From Salinisphaera sp. UBA1666 (GTDB lineage: Bacteria; Pseudomonadota; Gammaproteobacteria; Nevskiales; Salinisphaeraceae), in assembly GCA_002320455.1 (NCBI GenBank), contig DCKU01000186.1:27014-91013 (forward strand): a stretch of 64,000 nt of DNA, given 5' to 3'. Both the position numbers and the translations under genes were made by a program. Positions within the stretch are counted from its first letter, which is position 1. Each line of letters begins with the position of its first letter. Below, piece by piece: positions 31,001-40,992 of this stretch. Under the pieces are notes generated by a model. The model was not told the DNA's origin. It did not search any database and saw only the letters and a list, made by a program, of their open reading frames with translations.

Positions 31001-32342
31001 ACAGGATCATGGCCCGGTGCATGACGTGGTGGCGATCGGCGTCGGGCCGTTCAATCTGGGCCTGGCCGCGCTTGCCGAGCCGGTGGTCGGGCTGGATGTG
31101 GTCTGTCTGGACGACAATCCGGGCTTCGACTGGCATCCCGGTTTGCTTTTGGAGGGTGCCACGCTCCAGACGCCGTTTTTGGCCGATCTGGTCACGCTGG
31201 CCGACCCGACCAGCCCGTACAGCTTTCTCAACTATCTCAAGATGACCGGCCGGATCTATGCGTTTTATATTCGCGAGCAGTTTTTCATGCTGCGCGCCGA
31301 ATACAACCAGTACTGTCGCTGGGTGGCCGATCAGCTTTCGGGCGTCGTATTCGACCGGCGGGTGACGGCCATCCACTACGAGGCTGAACACGACACCTAT
31401 CGGGTCGAAACTACGGCGCCGGTCGCGGGCTCGTCGCAGGTCTATCGAGCGCGGCATCTGGTGCTCGGCACGGGGCCGGCGCGCTATGTGCCCGAATGCT
31501 GTCGCGGGCTTTCGGGCGAGGTGTTCCACGCGGTGGATTATCTCGATCACAAGGCGGCGCTGGCCACGGCCGAACGGGTTGCCATCGTAGGCTCGGGCCA
31601 GAGCGCGGCCGAGATCTTTCGTGACCGGTTGAATTACGTGGGTGATGGCCAGCGCCTGGACTGGTTCACCCGCTCGCCGCGGTTTTTTGCCATGGCCTAC
31701 GACAAGCTCACGCTGGAGCTGACCTCGCCCGAGTACATCGATTATTTCCACAGTCTGCCGGAGCACACCCGCCAGCGGCTGTCGGCGGCGCAAAAGCCGC
31801 TTTACAAGGGCATCGACCGCGATCTGTCGGCGGATATCTACGACACGCTTTACGAAAAACAGGTCCATGGCATAACCGCCATCGGCATGCAGGCCAACGC
31901 CAGCCTCACCGACGTAAGCCAGGACAGCCACGGCCGATTTTATCTATCGTTCAGCCAGACCGAGCAGGGCGCGGTCTTCGAACACGTTTGTGACGCGCTG
32001 ATCCTGGCGACCGGTTTTTCGCATCACGTACCCGACTACATCGCGCCCATCGCCGATCGGCTGCGCTGGGACAGCCAGAATCGCTACGACGTCACGCGGA
32101 CCTATGCCATCGATACGGGCGGCAGGCGCGTGTTCGTCCAGAACGCCGAAGGGCATACCCACGGCTTCACCGCCTCGGACCTGGGCATGGCGTGTTATCG
32201 CAACGCGGTCATCCTGCGCGAGATCGTCGGCCGTGAGGTCTATCCCGTGGAGCAGGCTATCGCCTTCCAGACCTTCGACGTGACCGGTCAGCCGGCCGCC
32301 AACCCGGAAATGCCGCGCAAGCAGCGACGTCATGAAGGCTGA
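30993..32342 (+). CDS. Diamine/lysine N-monooxygenase (DesB/AlcA/IucD-like)
   Basis: IGVGPFNLGLA, FDWHPG, QTPFLADLVT, GSGQSAAE, ILATG. Confidence 0.94.
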   Translation: MSEQDHGPVHDVVAIGVGPFNLGLAALAEPVVGLDVVCLDDNPGFDWHPGLLLEGATLQTPFLADLVTLADPTSPYSFLNYLKMTGRIYAFYIREQFFMLRAEYNQYCRWVADQLSGVVFDRRVTAIHYEAEHDTYRVETTAPVAGSSQVYRARHLVLGTGPARYVPECCRGLSGEVFHAVDYLDHKAALATAERVAIVGSGQSAAEIFRDRLNYVGDGQRLDWFTRSPRFFAMAYDKLTLELTSPEYIDYFHSLPEHTRQRLSAAQKPLYKGIDRDLSADIYDTLYEKQVHGITAIGMQANASLTDVSQDSHGRFYLSFSQTEQGAVFEHVCDALILATGFSHHVPDYIAPIADRLRWDSQNRYDVTRTYAIDTGGRRVFVQNAEGHTHGFTASDLGMACYRNAVILREIVGREVYPVEQAIAFQTFDVTGQPAANPEMPRKQRRHEG

Positions 32343-32907
32343 GCCGATGATCGTGGCCCAGCGCCAAGTGCCCGGTATCGGCCATCTGGCCGTGCGCGAT
32401 TTTGAACCCGCCGCGGATTGGGAACTGGCCCATACCTGGCTGACCGACCCGCACGCGCACTACTGGGGCATGCAAGACAACACGCCGCACGCCACACAGA
32501 CGTATTTCGCCGATATCGCGGCCTCGCACACGCACGATGCCTGGCTGGGCACGCACGAGTCGCGCCCTGTGTTCCTGGTCGAGCGATATGCGCCGGGCGC
32601 CGACGTCATCGGGCGGTTTTACGACGTGGCGGCCGGCGATCTCGGCATGCATATCCTTATCGCACCCCCGGAGCGGCCGATTCACGGGTTCACATGGGCC
32701 GTCTTCTCGTTCGTGGTGGACACGATCTTTGCGATCGATGCGCCCGAGCGCCTCGTGGTCGAGCCGGATGCGGCCAATACCGCTATTCAGCGCTTGAACG
32801 CTCGGGCCGGCTTTGAGGTGGCTGCCGATATCGATACCGGCGACAAGATCGCGCGGCTGTCGATGCTGTCTCGTGCCCGCCACGACGCGTTACGCGCGCC
32901 CGCCTAA
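32332..32907 (+). CDS. Siderophore N-acyltransferase (DesC/AlcB-like GNAT)
   Basis: W......YWGM, D.GMHILIAP, RLVVEPD..N. Confidence 0.9.
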   Translation: MKAEPMIVAQRQVPGIGHLAVRDFEPAADWELAHTWLTDPHAHYWGMQDNTPHATQTYFADIAASHTHDAWLGTHESRPVFLVERYAPGADVIGRFYDVAAGDLGMHILIAPPERPIHGFTWAVFSFVVDTIFAIDAPERLVVEPDAANTAIQRLNARAGFEVAADIDTGDKIARLSMLSRARHDALRAPA

Positions 32908-32931
32908 CCGCATTATTCCGTTGGAGTCTGT

Positions 32932-34728
32932 ATGACCGGTCAACCCATCACGGCCGCGGCCCGTTCGATCGCGCACATCACGCCCGAGCACTGGCGCAGC
33001 GCGGATCGGCGCCTGGTGGCCAAGATACTGTCCGAGTTCACCCACGAAGGGCTGTTCGAGCCGATCGAGCACTCGCGCGGCGTCTATACCCTGCAAGCCG
33101 ACGATGGGAAACGCCAGTATCGATTTGCAGCGCGCCGCTTTGCGCTTTGGCACTGGCATATCGCGCCTGAGTCGATCACCTGCGAAGCCGACGGCCAGCC
33201 GGCGAGCTTCGATGCCGCTCGGCTGTTGATCGATTGTCGCGACACTTTGGGCCTGGATGATGCGGTTCTGTCGCTCTATCTCGAGGAAATTGCCTCCACG
33301 CGCTACAGCGCGGCCTACAAACACGCCAACGCGCGGCTTGCCGCCGACGATTTTCCGAGTGCGGATTTTCAGGCCATCGAGGCTGCCATGACCGAGGGCC
33401 ACCCGGCGTTTGTGGCCAACAACGGGCGGATCGGCTTTTCCGGGAGCGATTTTCTGGCCTACGCGCCGGAAGCCGCCACCCCCATCCGGCTGATTTGGGT
33501 GGCTGCGCATCGCAGTCGTCTGACCGTGGCCGCCGCGGCCGACCGCACGATTGAGACCCATCTGGGCAGTGAGCTGGATGCCTGCACGCGCGCACGCTTT
33601 GCCGACCAGTTGGCCGCGGCGGGGCTCGAAGCCGACGACTATCTCTATATGCCGGTACACCCGTGGCAGTGGCAGAACAAACTGGTCTTCACGTTTGCCG
33701 ACGAGCTGGCAAGCGGCCACCTGGTCTATCTGGGCTTTGGGCCCAACGCCTACCAGGCCCAACAATCGGTGCGTACGTTGTTTAACCACGACGTGCCCAG
33801 CCGCTGTTACGTGAAGATGAGCCTGTCGATACTCAACATGGGTTTTTCGCGCGGGCTGTCGCCGTATTACATGGGCGGCACGCCGGCCATCTGCGACTGG
33901 CTGGCCGAGCTTGTGGCGGCCGACAACACCCTTCAGGCCATGGACTTTTCGATCCTGCGGGAAGTGGCGGCCGTGGGCTATCGCCACCCGCGCTTTGACG
34001 CCGGGTTGGCCAAGACCGACGGGGCCAACAAAATGCTGGCGGCACTATGGCGGGAATCGCCGGTAAGCCGGCTGGGCGAGGGCGAACGACTCATGACCAT
34101 GGCGGCCCTGCTGCATCAAGATGCTGCCGGGCACTCGGCACTGGCCGCCTTCATCCGAGCCGCCGGCGGCGACGTCGACGCCTGGCTGGACGACTGGCTC
34201 TGGGCTTACATGGGCCCGATCCTGCACTGTTTCTATGCGCATGATCTGGTGTTCATGCCGCACGGCGAGAATCTAATTCTGGTGATGAAAAACCACCGCG
34301 TGGATCGGGTCATCATGAAGGACATCGGCGAGGAGATCGCCGTCATGAACCCCGAGGCGCGTCTGCCCGAGGCCGTGTCGCGCATCGCCGTACCGGTCGC
34401 CGAGGATGTACGTACGCTGTCGATCTTCACCGATCTTTTCGATCTGATCTTTCGCTATGTGGCGCCGACTCTGGCGCTGGAGTGCGACTACCCCGAGACG
34501 CGCTTCTGGAAGCGGGTGGCTGCATGTATTGGCCGTTACCAGCAGGCGCACCCGGAATTTTCAGCCCAATACGAACGCTATGACCTGTTCACGCCGGATT
34601 TCATCCGTTCTTGCCTGAACCGGCTGCAGCTGGCCAACAATCGACAGATGCTGGATCTGGCCGATCCGACGGCCAGCCTGCAGTTTCACGGCCGCCTGAC
34701 GAACCCGATCGCTGCGGGGTCTTTCTAG
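32932..34728 (+). CDS. IucA/IucC-family NRPS-independent siderophore synthetase (DesD/AlcC-like)
   Basis: MTEGHP.FVANNGRIGF, PVHPWQW, QQSVRT, YVK..LSILNMGF, FMPHGEN, KDIGEE, SCLNRLQL. Confidence 0.95.
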   Translation: MTGQPITAAARSIAHITPEHWRSADRRLVAKILSEFTHEGLFEPIEHSRGVYTLQADDGKRQYRFAARRFALWHWHIAPESITCEADGQPASFDAARLLIDCRDTLGLDDAVLSLYLEEIASTRYSAAYKHANARLAADDFPSADFQAIEAAMTEGHPAFVANNGRIGFSGSDFLAYAPEAATPIRLIWVAAHRSRLTVAAAADRTIETHLGSELDACTRARFADQLAAAGLEADDYLYMPVHPWQWQNKLVFTFADELASGHLVYLGFGPNAYQAQQSVRTLFNHDVPSRCYVKMSLSILNMGFSRGLSPYYMGGTPAICDWLAELVAADNTLQAMDFSILREVAAVGYRHPRFDAGLAKTDGANKMLAALWRESPVSRLGEGERLMTMAALLHQDAAGHSALAAFIRAAGGDVDAWLDDWLWAYMGPILHCFYAHDLVFMPHGENLILVMKNHRVDRVIMKDIGEEIAVMNPEARLPEAVSRIAVPVAEDVRTLSIFTDLFDLIFRYVAPTLALECDYPETRFWKRVAACIGRYQQAHPEFSAQYERYDLFTPDFIRSCLNRLQLANNRQMLDLADPTASLQFHGRLTNPIAAGSF

Positions 34729-34734
34729 GGGGGG

Positions 34735-35058
34735 TCAATCGTCAAAGGCGTTTTCGAGCTGCTGGCGGTCCGGGTTGGTGTTCCGCGGGGCCTGCACCTC
34801 GTGGGTGCCGCTGAAGTCGTCGTCGTTGTCGTACCCCAGACGGCGGGTGTGTCGGGGATAGGCCGGCATGGTGTCGGGCTCGGTCTGCGGGGCGCTCGAG
34901 TTACCTGACCGATCGAGCGCGCCTACGTTATCCGCGCTGTCGGCCGGGGCCGGGGCGAAGGCCCCGACATCGTCGACGGCCGCCGCCGGTAAGGCCCAGC
35001 TGCCGGTCACCGCCAACGCGGCCAGGGCAAGCGTTTTTGCAATAGATCGATAGAACAT
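34735..35058 (-). CDS. Small acidic secreted hypothetical protein
   Basis: Signal peptide MFYRSIAKTLALAALAVTGSWALPAAA followed by a D/P-rich region; no recognisable domain. Confidence 0.55.
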   Translation of the reverse strand: MFYRSIAKTLALAALAVTGSWALPAAAVDDVGAFAPAPADSADNVGALDRSGNSSAPQTEPDTMPAYPRHTRRLGYDNDDDFSGTHEVQAPRNTNPDRQQLENAFDD

Positions 35059-35204
35059 GATCAACCGCGAAAGGTTATGAAGTGCTGTCTGCCAGCCTAC
35101 GCCTGTCACGCGCGCTTTTGTATGACACGCCGCCGGCCGCCACGGTGCGCCCGGTGTGATCTGCCATACTCGCGGCTATTCTGAATGGCCAAGAGGAGTC
35201 GGCC

Positions 35205-36134
35205 TTGACCGAATCCGTCATTGATATCAAGGGTCTGTACAAGACCTATGACTCGGGCTTTTCGGCCCTACAAGACATCAACCTGTCGATCCCGAAGGGC
35301 GAAATATTCGCGCTGCTGGGCCCCAACGGCGCCGGCAAGACCACGCTGATCAACACCATCTGCGGCATCGTCAATCCCACCGGTGGATCAATCCGCGTCA
35401 ACGGCTACGACGTGGTACGCGAGTTTCGCAAAGCCCGCGAACAGATCGGGCTGGTGCCGCAAGAGCTGACGGTCGAACCGTTCGCCAAAGTGTTTTCGAC
35501 CGTGAAATTCTCGCGCGGCGTGTTCGGCAAGGCCCGGGACGACGCCCACGTCGAAAAGGTGCTCAAGGACCTATCGCTCTGGGACAAACGCGACACCATC
35601 ACCCGCGAGATTTCTGGCGGCATGAAGCGCCGCGTGATGATCGCCAAGGCCCTGGCACACGAGCCCCAGGTGCTGTTTTTGGACGAGCCCACCGCCGGCG
35701 TGGACGTGGAGCTGCGCCGCAGCATGTGGAATGTGGTGCGCGGTCTACGCGAGCACGGGGTGACTATCGTGCTGACCACGCATTATCTGGAAGAGGCCGA
35801 GCAGATGGCCGATCGAATCGGCGTGATTCAGAACGGCCAGATCGCGCTGGTCGAGGCCAAGACCGCGCTCATGGACAAGCTGGGACAGAAGCGTCTTGGC
35901 GTACGCCTGGCCGAGCCCCTGCACGCGGTGCCCGAGCGGCTGGCCGGCTATGACCTCACGCTCGAAGACGACGGCCGGCGCCTGGTCTATACCTACAGCG
36001 CCCACGATGATCGCGCCCGCATCCAGCCGCTCATGGCCGAGCTCGATGCGGCAGGCATCCACTATGTGGATATCGATACCCAGCAGAGCTCGCTGGAAGA
36101 AATATTCGTCGATCTCGTGGGGGGCAACGCATGA
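35205..36134 (+). CDS. ABC-2 transporter ATP-binding protein (YadG-like)
   Basis: [31 protein letters not shown]; TTG start with GAGGAG RBS. Confidence 0.93.
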   Translation: MTESVIDIKGLYKTYDSGFSALQDINLSIPKGEIFALLGPNGAGKTTLINTICGIVNPTGGSIRVNGYDVVREFRKAREQIGLVPQELTVEPFAKVFSTVKFSRGVFGKARDDAHVEKVLKDLSLWDKRDTITREISGGMKRRVMIAKALAHEPQVLFLDEPTAGVDVELRRSMWNVVRGLREHGVTIVLTTHYLEEAEQMADRIGVIQNGQIALVEAKTALMDKLGQKRLGVRLAEPLHAVPERLAGYDLTLEDDGRRLVYTYSAHDDRARIQPLMAELDAAGIHYVDIDTQQSSLEEIFVDLVGGNA

Positions 36135-36892
36135 ACTGGCACGCCATCAAAACCATCTACGCCGCCGAAATGGCGCGCACCTGGCGCACGCTGTTCCAGA
36201 GTGTGGTCAGCCCCATCATCTCCACGTCGCTGTATTTCGTGGTCTTCGGCTCGGCCATCGGATCGCGTATCAACGAAGTACAGGGCGTATCCTACGGCGC
36301 GTTTATCGTGCCGGGGCTGATCATGCTCTCGCTGATGACCCAGGGCATCTCCAATGCCTCGTTCGCGATCTATTTCCCGAAGTTCATCGGCACCATCTAC
36401 GAGCTGCTCTCGGCGCCTATCTCGTTCGTCGAGATCGTCATCAGCTACGTGGGGGCGGCGGCCACCAAGTCGGCAGCACTTGGTTTGATCATTCTGGGCA
36501 CGGCCACCTTGTTCGTGGACATACAGATTGCGCATCCGTTCTGGATGATCGCGTTTCTGGTGCTGACTACCGTCACCTTCAGCCTGTTGGGCTTCATCAT
36601 CGGCATCTGGGCCGACAACTTCGAAAAACTGACCATCATCCCGCTGCTGATCGTGACCCCGCTGACCTTTCTGGGCGGCACGTTCTATTCGCTGGATATG
36701 CTGCCGGCGCTGTGGCAGAAGATCACCCTCATCAACCCGGTGGTCTATCTCGTCTCCGGTTTCCGCTGGAGTTTCTATGACACCGCCGACGTCAGCGTGG
36801 GCTTGAGCCTGGGCATGATCGGCCTGTTTCTGGCTGCCTGTATCGCCGTGGTGGCCTGGATCTTCAAGACCGGGTATCGGCTGAAGTCGTAA
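36131..36892 (+). CDS. ABC-2 transporter permease (YadH-like)
   Basis: [35 protein letters not shown]; 6 TM segments. Confidence 0.92.
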   Translation: MNWHAIKTIYAAEMARTWRTLFQSVVSPIISTSLYFVVFGSAIGSRINEVQGVSYGAFIVPGLIMLSLMTQGISNASFAIYFPKFIGTIYELLSAPISFVEIVISYVGAAATKSAALGLIILGTATLFVDIQIAHPFWMIAFLVLTTVTFSLLGFIIGIWADNFEKLTIIPLLIVTPLTFLGGTFYSLDMLPALWQKITLINPVVYLVSGFRWSFYDTADVSVGLSLGMIGLFLAACIAVVAWIFKTGYRLKS

Positions 36893-36933
36893 GCCGGGGC
36901 GCCGGCGGATACGCCCCGGTACTCCCTATCAGA

Positions 36934-38382
36934 TCAGGCGCTTCTGGCGTGTGCGTGGCCGACATCTCGACGGTGTCGGCCCGGCCGGGCCGACTCGATA
37001 CGCGACAGCAGCAGCGGCTCCAGCTCTTCCAGTGTGCGGTTCTTGGTCTCGGGCACAAAGCGCAGCACCACGGCCAGACAGATCAGTGTGAAGCCCGCGT
37101 ATAGCCAGAACGAAAAACCGCCGTTGAACAGCGCCTGTAGCCACGGGTTCTGATCCAGCAGCGGAAACGTCTGGGTGACCACGAATCCGGCGAACCATTG
37201 ACACGCCACTGCGAACGCCATGGCACGCGAGCGGATGCTGTTGGGAAAGATTTCGCCGATCAGTGTCCAACAGACACAGCCCCAGGAAATGGCGAACGAC
37301 ATGATATAGAGCACCAGACAGATCAGGGCCCCGTAACCCACCGATTGGCTATAGACGATCGTGCCGAGGCCCGCCATGCCGATACAACAGCCTAAGCTGC
37401 CGTAAGTGATCAACGGTCGCCGTCCAACGCGATCAATCAGCAGCATTCCGGCCAGATTGCCGAACACGAAGGCGATGCCCATCACCGACGTCTGGAGCAG
37501 TGCGGTTTCGCTGGAGTCGACCACGCGCTCGAAGATCTGCGGCGCGTAGTACATCACCACGTTGATACCGGTGAGCTGCTGAGCGGCCGCCACGAAAGCG
37601 CCGATCGCCACGATGCCGAAGATGCCGGGTTTGCGCAGGCTGACCCGTTGATGAGCGCGTTCACCGGCAAACGAGGCTTTGATATCGTCAACCAGGCCGG
37701 CAACGCGTTCCGAGGGGTTGGCTCGGTCTAGGACGTGTCGGGCCTCGTTATCCCGGTTTTTTAGGATTAGCCAGCGCGGCGACTCCGGAATCAAGGGAAG
37801 CAGGGCCGCGAACAGAATCGCCGGTACAACCTCCGAACCCAACATCCAGCGCCAGCCGTACGCCGTCAGCCACTCGGGCGTGACCCCGCGGGCAATGAAA
37901 TAATTCACGAAAAACACGATGACCGCGCCCACGGCCGTGGACTGCTGGAACAGACTGATGCTGGTACCGCGCATATCGCCGGGCGAAATTTCCGACAGAT
38001 ACATCGGCGCGACCACGCTGGCTAGACCGACCGCTAGGCCGCCGAGCATGCGGAACACGCTATACCAGAAGAAATCCGCGGCCAGCGCCGAGCCCAGAGC
38101 CGAAACGATGAACAGCGCTGCGGCCAGCCATAGCGCGCCGCGGCGACCGCCATAAAGCGCCGCAGCACCTGCGCCGAGCGCGCCAATGATGGCGCCGATA
38201 ACAACCGACGATACCGCCCAACCGGTCGCGAGCGGGGAGAGCTGGAAGTGGTCGGTAATAGGGCCGATCGCGCCAGAGATCACCGCTGTGTCATACCCGA
38301 ACAGAATGCCGGCCAACGCGGCGATCAAGCTGGTTTGGATGACGAATCGAAAGCGGCGAGAGTCTGTTGCTTGCCGGGTCAT
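36934..38382 (-). CDS. Sugar porter MFS transporter (XylE/IolT-like), probably inositol uptake
   Basis: FGYDTAVISG, GRR, PESPRWL, QQLTGIN..MYY, PETK; divergent from iolB with shared operators. Confidence 0.92.
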   Translation of the reverse strand: MTRQATDSRRFRFVIQTSLIAALAGILFGYDTAVISGAIGPITDHFQLSPLATGWAVSSVVIGAIIGALGAGAAALYGGRRGALWLAAALFIVSALGSALAADFFWYSVFRMLGGLAVGLASVVAPMYLSEISPGDMRGTSISLFQQSTAVGAVIVFFVNYFIARGVTPEWLTAYGWRWMLGSEVVPAILFAALLPLIPESPRWLILKNRDNEARHVLDRANPSERVAGLVDDIKASFAGERAHQRVSLRKPGIFGIVAIGAFVAAAQQLTGINVVMYYAPQIFERVVDSSETALLQTSVMGIAFVFGNLAGMLLIDRVGRRPLITYGSLGCCIGMAGLGTIVYSQSVGYGALICLVLYIMSFAISWGCVCWTLIGEIFPNSIRSRAMAFAVACQWFAGFVVTQTFPLLDQNPWLQALFNGGFSFWLYAGFTLICLAVVLRFVPETKNRTLEELEPLLLSRIESARPGRHRRDVGHAHARSA

Positions 38383-38416
38383 GGCACCGTGCTCCTTGGA
38401 AAACAGGCGCGCCTGA

Positions 38417-38463
38417 TTGGAATTTAATTTCCAAAAATTAATAAAAAAAGAAAATAAATTCTA
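38417..38463. promoter_or_regulatory. Two candidate IolR (RpiR) operators
   Basis: TGGAA-TTTAAT-TTCCA and AAGAA-AATAAA-TTCTA; GAA-N6-TTC motif. Confidence 0.65.
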
Positions 38464-38606
38464 TAAAGACCTTAGTCGTAGATACGACGTACACGGCGCT
38501 GCCAGCGTCTAGAAGATCAACTCGACGACCGGTTAGATAGCACGTGGGCCGACGAGGGCATCTATCGACCAAAGTATGATTCGAAAACCTTTGATGGATG
38601 CCAGTT

Positions 38607-38623
38607 CAGAAAATATATTCTAA
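38607..38623. promoter_or_regulatory. Candidate IolR operator upstream of iolB
   Basis: CAGAA-AATATA-TTCTA. Confidence 0.65.
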
Positions 38624-38654
38624 TTAGATGATAATATAGAACGTAGAGGCATTC

Positions 38655-39467
38655 ATGCAGTTGTTGCTCAAAGCGGCTCGCGACCAGCCGCAGACATTAG
38701 ATACCGCCCAGGCAGAGCAGGCCTTGGACTACGTTCGTTTTCGACACCGGGGTCTGGCCGAAGGCGAGCGAGTGAGCGAGACCAGCGACGACCAAGAACT
38801 CTGTCTGGTCATGTTGTCGGGCAAGGCCGATATTACGGTTGGCGATACCACCTTCGAAGCCGTCGGCCAGCGTATGAGCGTGTTCGAGCAGATCCCGCCG
38901 CATGCCGTCTACGTGCCCAATGATGCTCGGTTTGAAGTACACGCCTTGACCGACGTCGAGCTTGGCATCTGTGGGGCGCCGGGCAAGAGCGGCCACGCGC
39001 CTCGCCACATTACCCCCGAGCACATCAAGCAATCCACCCGCGGCGAGGGCGCCAACGTGCGCCACGTCCACGATATCCTTCCCGAGACCGAGCCGGCAGA
39101 CAGCCTGCTCGTGGTCGAGGTCTATACCCCGGCCGGCAACTGGTCCAGTTATCCGCCGCACAAGCATGACGAAGACAACCTGCCGGCCGAGTCGTTTCTC
39201 GAGGAAAGCTATTACCACCGGCTCAATCCCGGCTCCGGCTTCGGCTTTCAGCGCGTTTATACCGACGATCGTTCAATAGACGAGGCCATAGCCTTCGGCG
39301 ACGGTGACTGTGTGCTGGTACCCAAGGGCTATCACCCGGTCGGTGCCCCGTACGGCCATGACTTGTACTACCTGAACGTGATGGCCGGCCCCAAACGCGA
39401 GTGGAAATTCACGACTGATCCCGATTTCGCGTGGCTGACCCAGCCCTCGAAGAGGTCGCAAGAATAG
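38655..39467 (+). CDS. iolB: 5-deoxy-glucuronate isomerase
   Basis: LLVVEVYTP.GNWSSYPPHKHD, LEESYYHR, GFQRVYTDD, GYHP, YYLNVMAGP. Confidence 0.95.
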   Translation: MQLLLKAARDQPQTLDTAQAEQALDYVRFRHRGLAEGERVSETSDDQELCLVMLSGKADITVGDTTFEAVGQRMSVFEQIPPHAVYVPNDARFEVHALTDVELGICGAPGKSGHAPRHITPEHIKQSTRGEGANVRHVHDILPETEPADSLLVVEVYTPAGNWSSYPPHKHDEDNLPAESFLEESYYHRLNPGSGFGFQRVYTDDRSIDEAIAFGDGDCVLVPKGYHPVGAPYGHDLYYLNVMAGPKREWKFTTDPDFAWLTQPSKRSQE

Positions 39468-39477
39468 GAGCCCCGCA

Positions 39478-39627
39478 ATGACCGACACGACAGGCGTTTC
39501 GAATACCACCCGACGGCCGGGCTGGATAATGCATGTCGTCGACTGGCTCGACCGAGCGGCCTGCCATGCCGGTAGCCATAGCGCGGGCTATATGATGCCG
39601 TTGCGGCCCGCTGCCATGGATCATTAA
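39478..39627 (+). CDS. Putative 49-aa small protein MTDTTGVSNTTRRPGWIMHVVDWLDRAACHAGSHSAGYMMPLRPAAMDH
   Basis: AGGAG RBS overlapping the iolB stop, ATG 39478, TAA 39625-39627, terminator 33 nt later; below the ORF-track cutoff. Confidence 0.45.
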   Translation: MTDTTGVSNTTRRPGWIMHVVDWLDRAACHAGSHSAGYMMPLRPAAMDH

Positions 39628-39659
39628 CCGCTAGCAGCCGCAACAATAAGCAGCTGACC

Positions 39660-39690
39660 AAAGGCCGGCAAACCATTTGCCGGCCTTTTT
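39660..39690 (+). terminator. Rho-independent terminator
   Basis: AAAGGCCGGCAAA-cca-TTTGCCGGCCTTTTT. Confidence 0.88.
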
Positions 39691-39753
39691 GATGCGTGGC
39701 ATGGGCCGCCGTCTACGACGAAAGACGGAATAGGCGATCTCCCTGAATATAGA

Positions 39754-39771
39754 ATAGAATTAATTTTCTAT
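39754..39771. promoter_or_regulatory. Candidate IolR operator upstream of iolG
   Basis: ATAGAA-TTAATT-TTCTAT. Confidence 0.65.
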
Positions 39772-39819
39772 TTTAAGGCGCGCCAGAATAATCCTGCGCG
39801 CGGATTCAGAGGATTGCCC

Positions 39820-40833
39820 ATGTCGCAACGACCCATGAACCTGGCCATCATCGGGGCTGGCCGTATTGCGGCTGTTCACGCTGCTGCTGCGGCCCGCGAT
39901 CCTGCTATTGCGCTCTACGGCATTGCCGACGTGCGCGCAGAGGCGGCCCAAGCGCTGGCTGATGAATACGACGTCCGCGTGATGGACAGCGCCGAGGTAT
40001 TTGCCGACCAGGCCATCGACGGCATCCTCATTGCGTCATCGACCGATACGCATGCCGACTTCTTGGAACAGGCGGTACGGGCTGGAAAAGCCGTACTGTG
40101 CGAAAAGCCGATTGCCCTGGATCTGGAGCGTACCCGATATGCCTTGTCGGTGGTCGAATCCGGCAGCGTGGCCTGTGCACTCGGATTCAACCGTCGGCAC
40201 GACCCGCAGTTTGCCGAGCTCAAGAGGGCTGTAGTCAACGGCGATATCGGCCGGCTAGAAACCCTGACCATTATCAGCCGCGACCCGAGCCCGCCGCCGG
40301 TGGACTATATCGCCCGATCGGGCGGGCTGTTCATGGATATGACGATTCACGACTTCGATACCGCGCGCTGGCTACTCGACGAGCCGATCCGCTCGGTCTT
40401 CGCGGTCGGCGATGCGCTCATCGACCCGGCGATCGGGCAGGCCGGCGATATCGATACCGCGATGGTCACGCTGACCACCGAGTCGGGTCGCCTGTGTCAT
40501 ATTCAGAACTCGCGGCGCGCGGCCTATGGCTATGACCAGCGCATCGAGGCCTTTGGCAGCACTGGCATGATCCAAGCCGTGAACGAAACCGAAACGCGGC
40601 TGCGCCGGACATCGGCCGAAGGCGAGCGCAGCGAGCCGCCCAAGCACTTCTTCCTGGAGCGCTATGCCGATGCGTTCGCCCGGGAGCTGGCCGACTGGGC
40701 CGAGGCCTGGCGCTCTGGACGAGCGCCACTGGCCGGTGCACGAGATGGGTACGAGGCGTTGTCTATCGCCGTTGCCGCAAATCGCTCGCGCGTTGAAGGC
40801 CGGCCCGTTGCTCTGTCCGAAATACAGGGCTGA
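39820..40833 (+). CDS. iolG: myo-inositol 2-dehydrogenase
   Basis: GAGRIA..H, CEKP, GFNRR.DP, SRDP.PP, SGGLF.DMTIHDFD, YGYDQRIE, FFLERY. Confidence 0.93.
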   Translation: MSQRPMNLAIIGAGRIAAVHAAAAARDPAIALYGIADVRAEAAQALADEYDVRVMDSAEVFADQAIDGILIASSTDTHADFLEQAVRAGKAVLCEKPIALDLERTRYALSVVESGSVACALGFNRRHDPQFAELKRAVVNGDIGRLETLTIISRDPSPPPVDYIARSGGLFMDMTIHDFDTARWLLDEPIRSVFAVGDALIDPAIGQAGDIDTAMVTLTTESGRLCHIQNSRRAAYGYDQRIEAFGSTGMIQAVNETETRLRRTSAEGERSEPPKHFFLERYADAFARELADWAEAWRSGRAPLAGARDGYEALSIAVAANRSRVEGRPVALSEIQG

Positions 40834-40928
40834 TCTCTCGTGCGTCGAACGACCGCACATGCCGCCTGGCGCGAGGCCTCGACTTTGGTCGCAGTCGTAT
40901 TGATCGGCACGTTTCACTTGTCTAATAT

Positions 40929-40946
40929 TTAGAATAAATAATCCAA
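40929..40946. promoter_or_regulatory. Candidate IolR operator upstream of iolC
   Basis: TTAGAA-TAAATA-ATCCAA (one mismatch). Confidence 0.55.
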
Positions 40947-40992
40947 TATTGAAGCGCGTGATACACGTGTTTCCATCATGGGAGGGTCAGTG

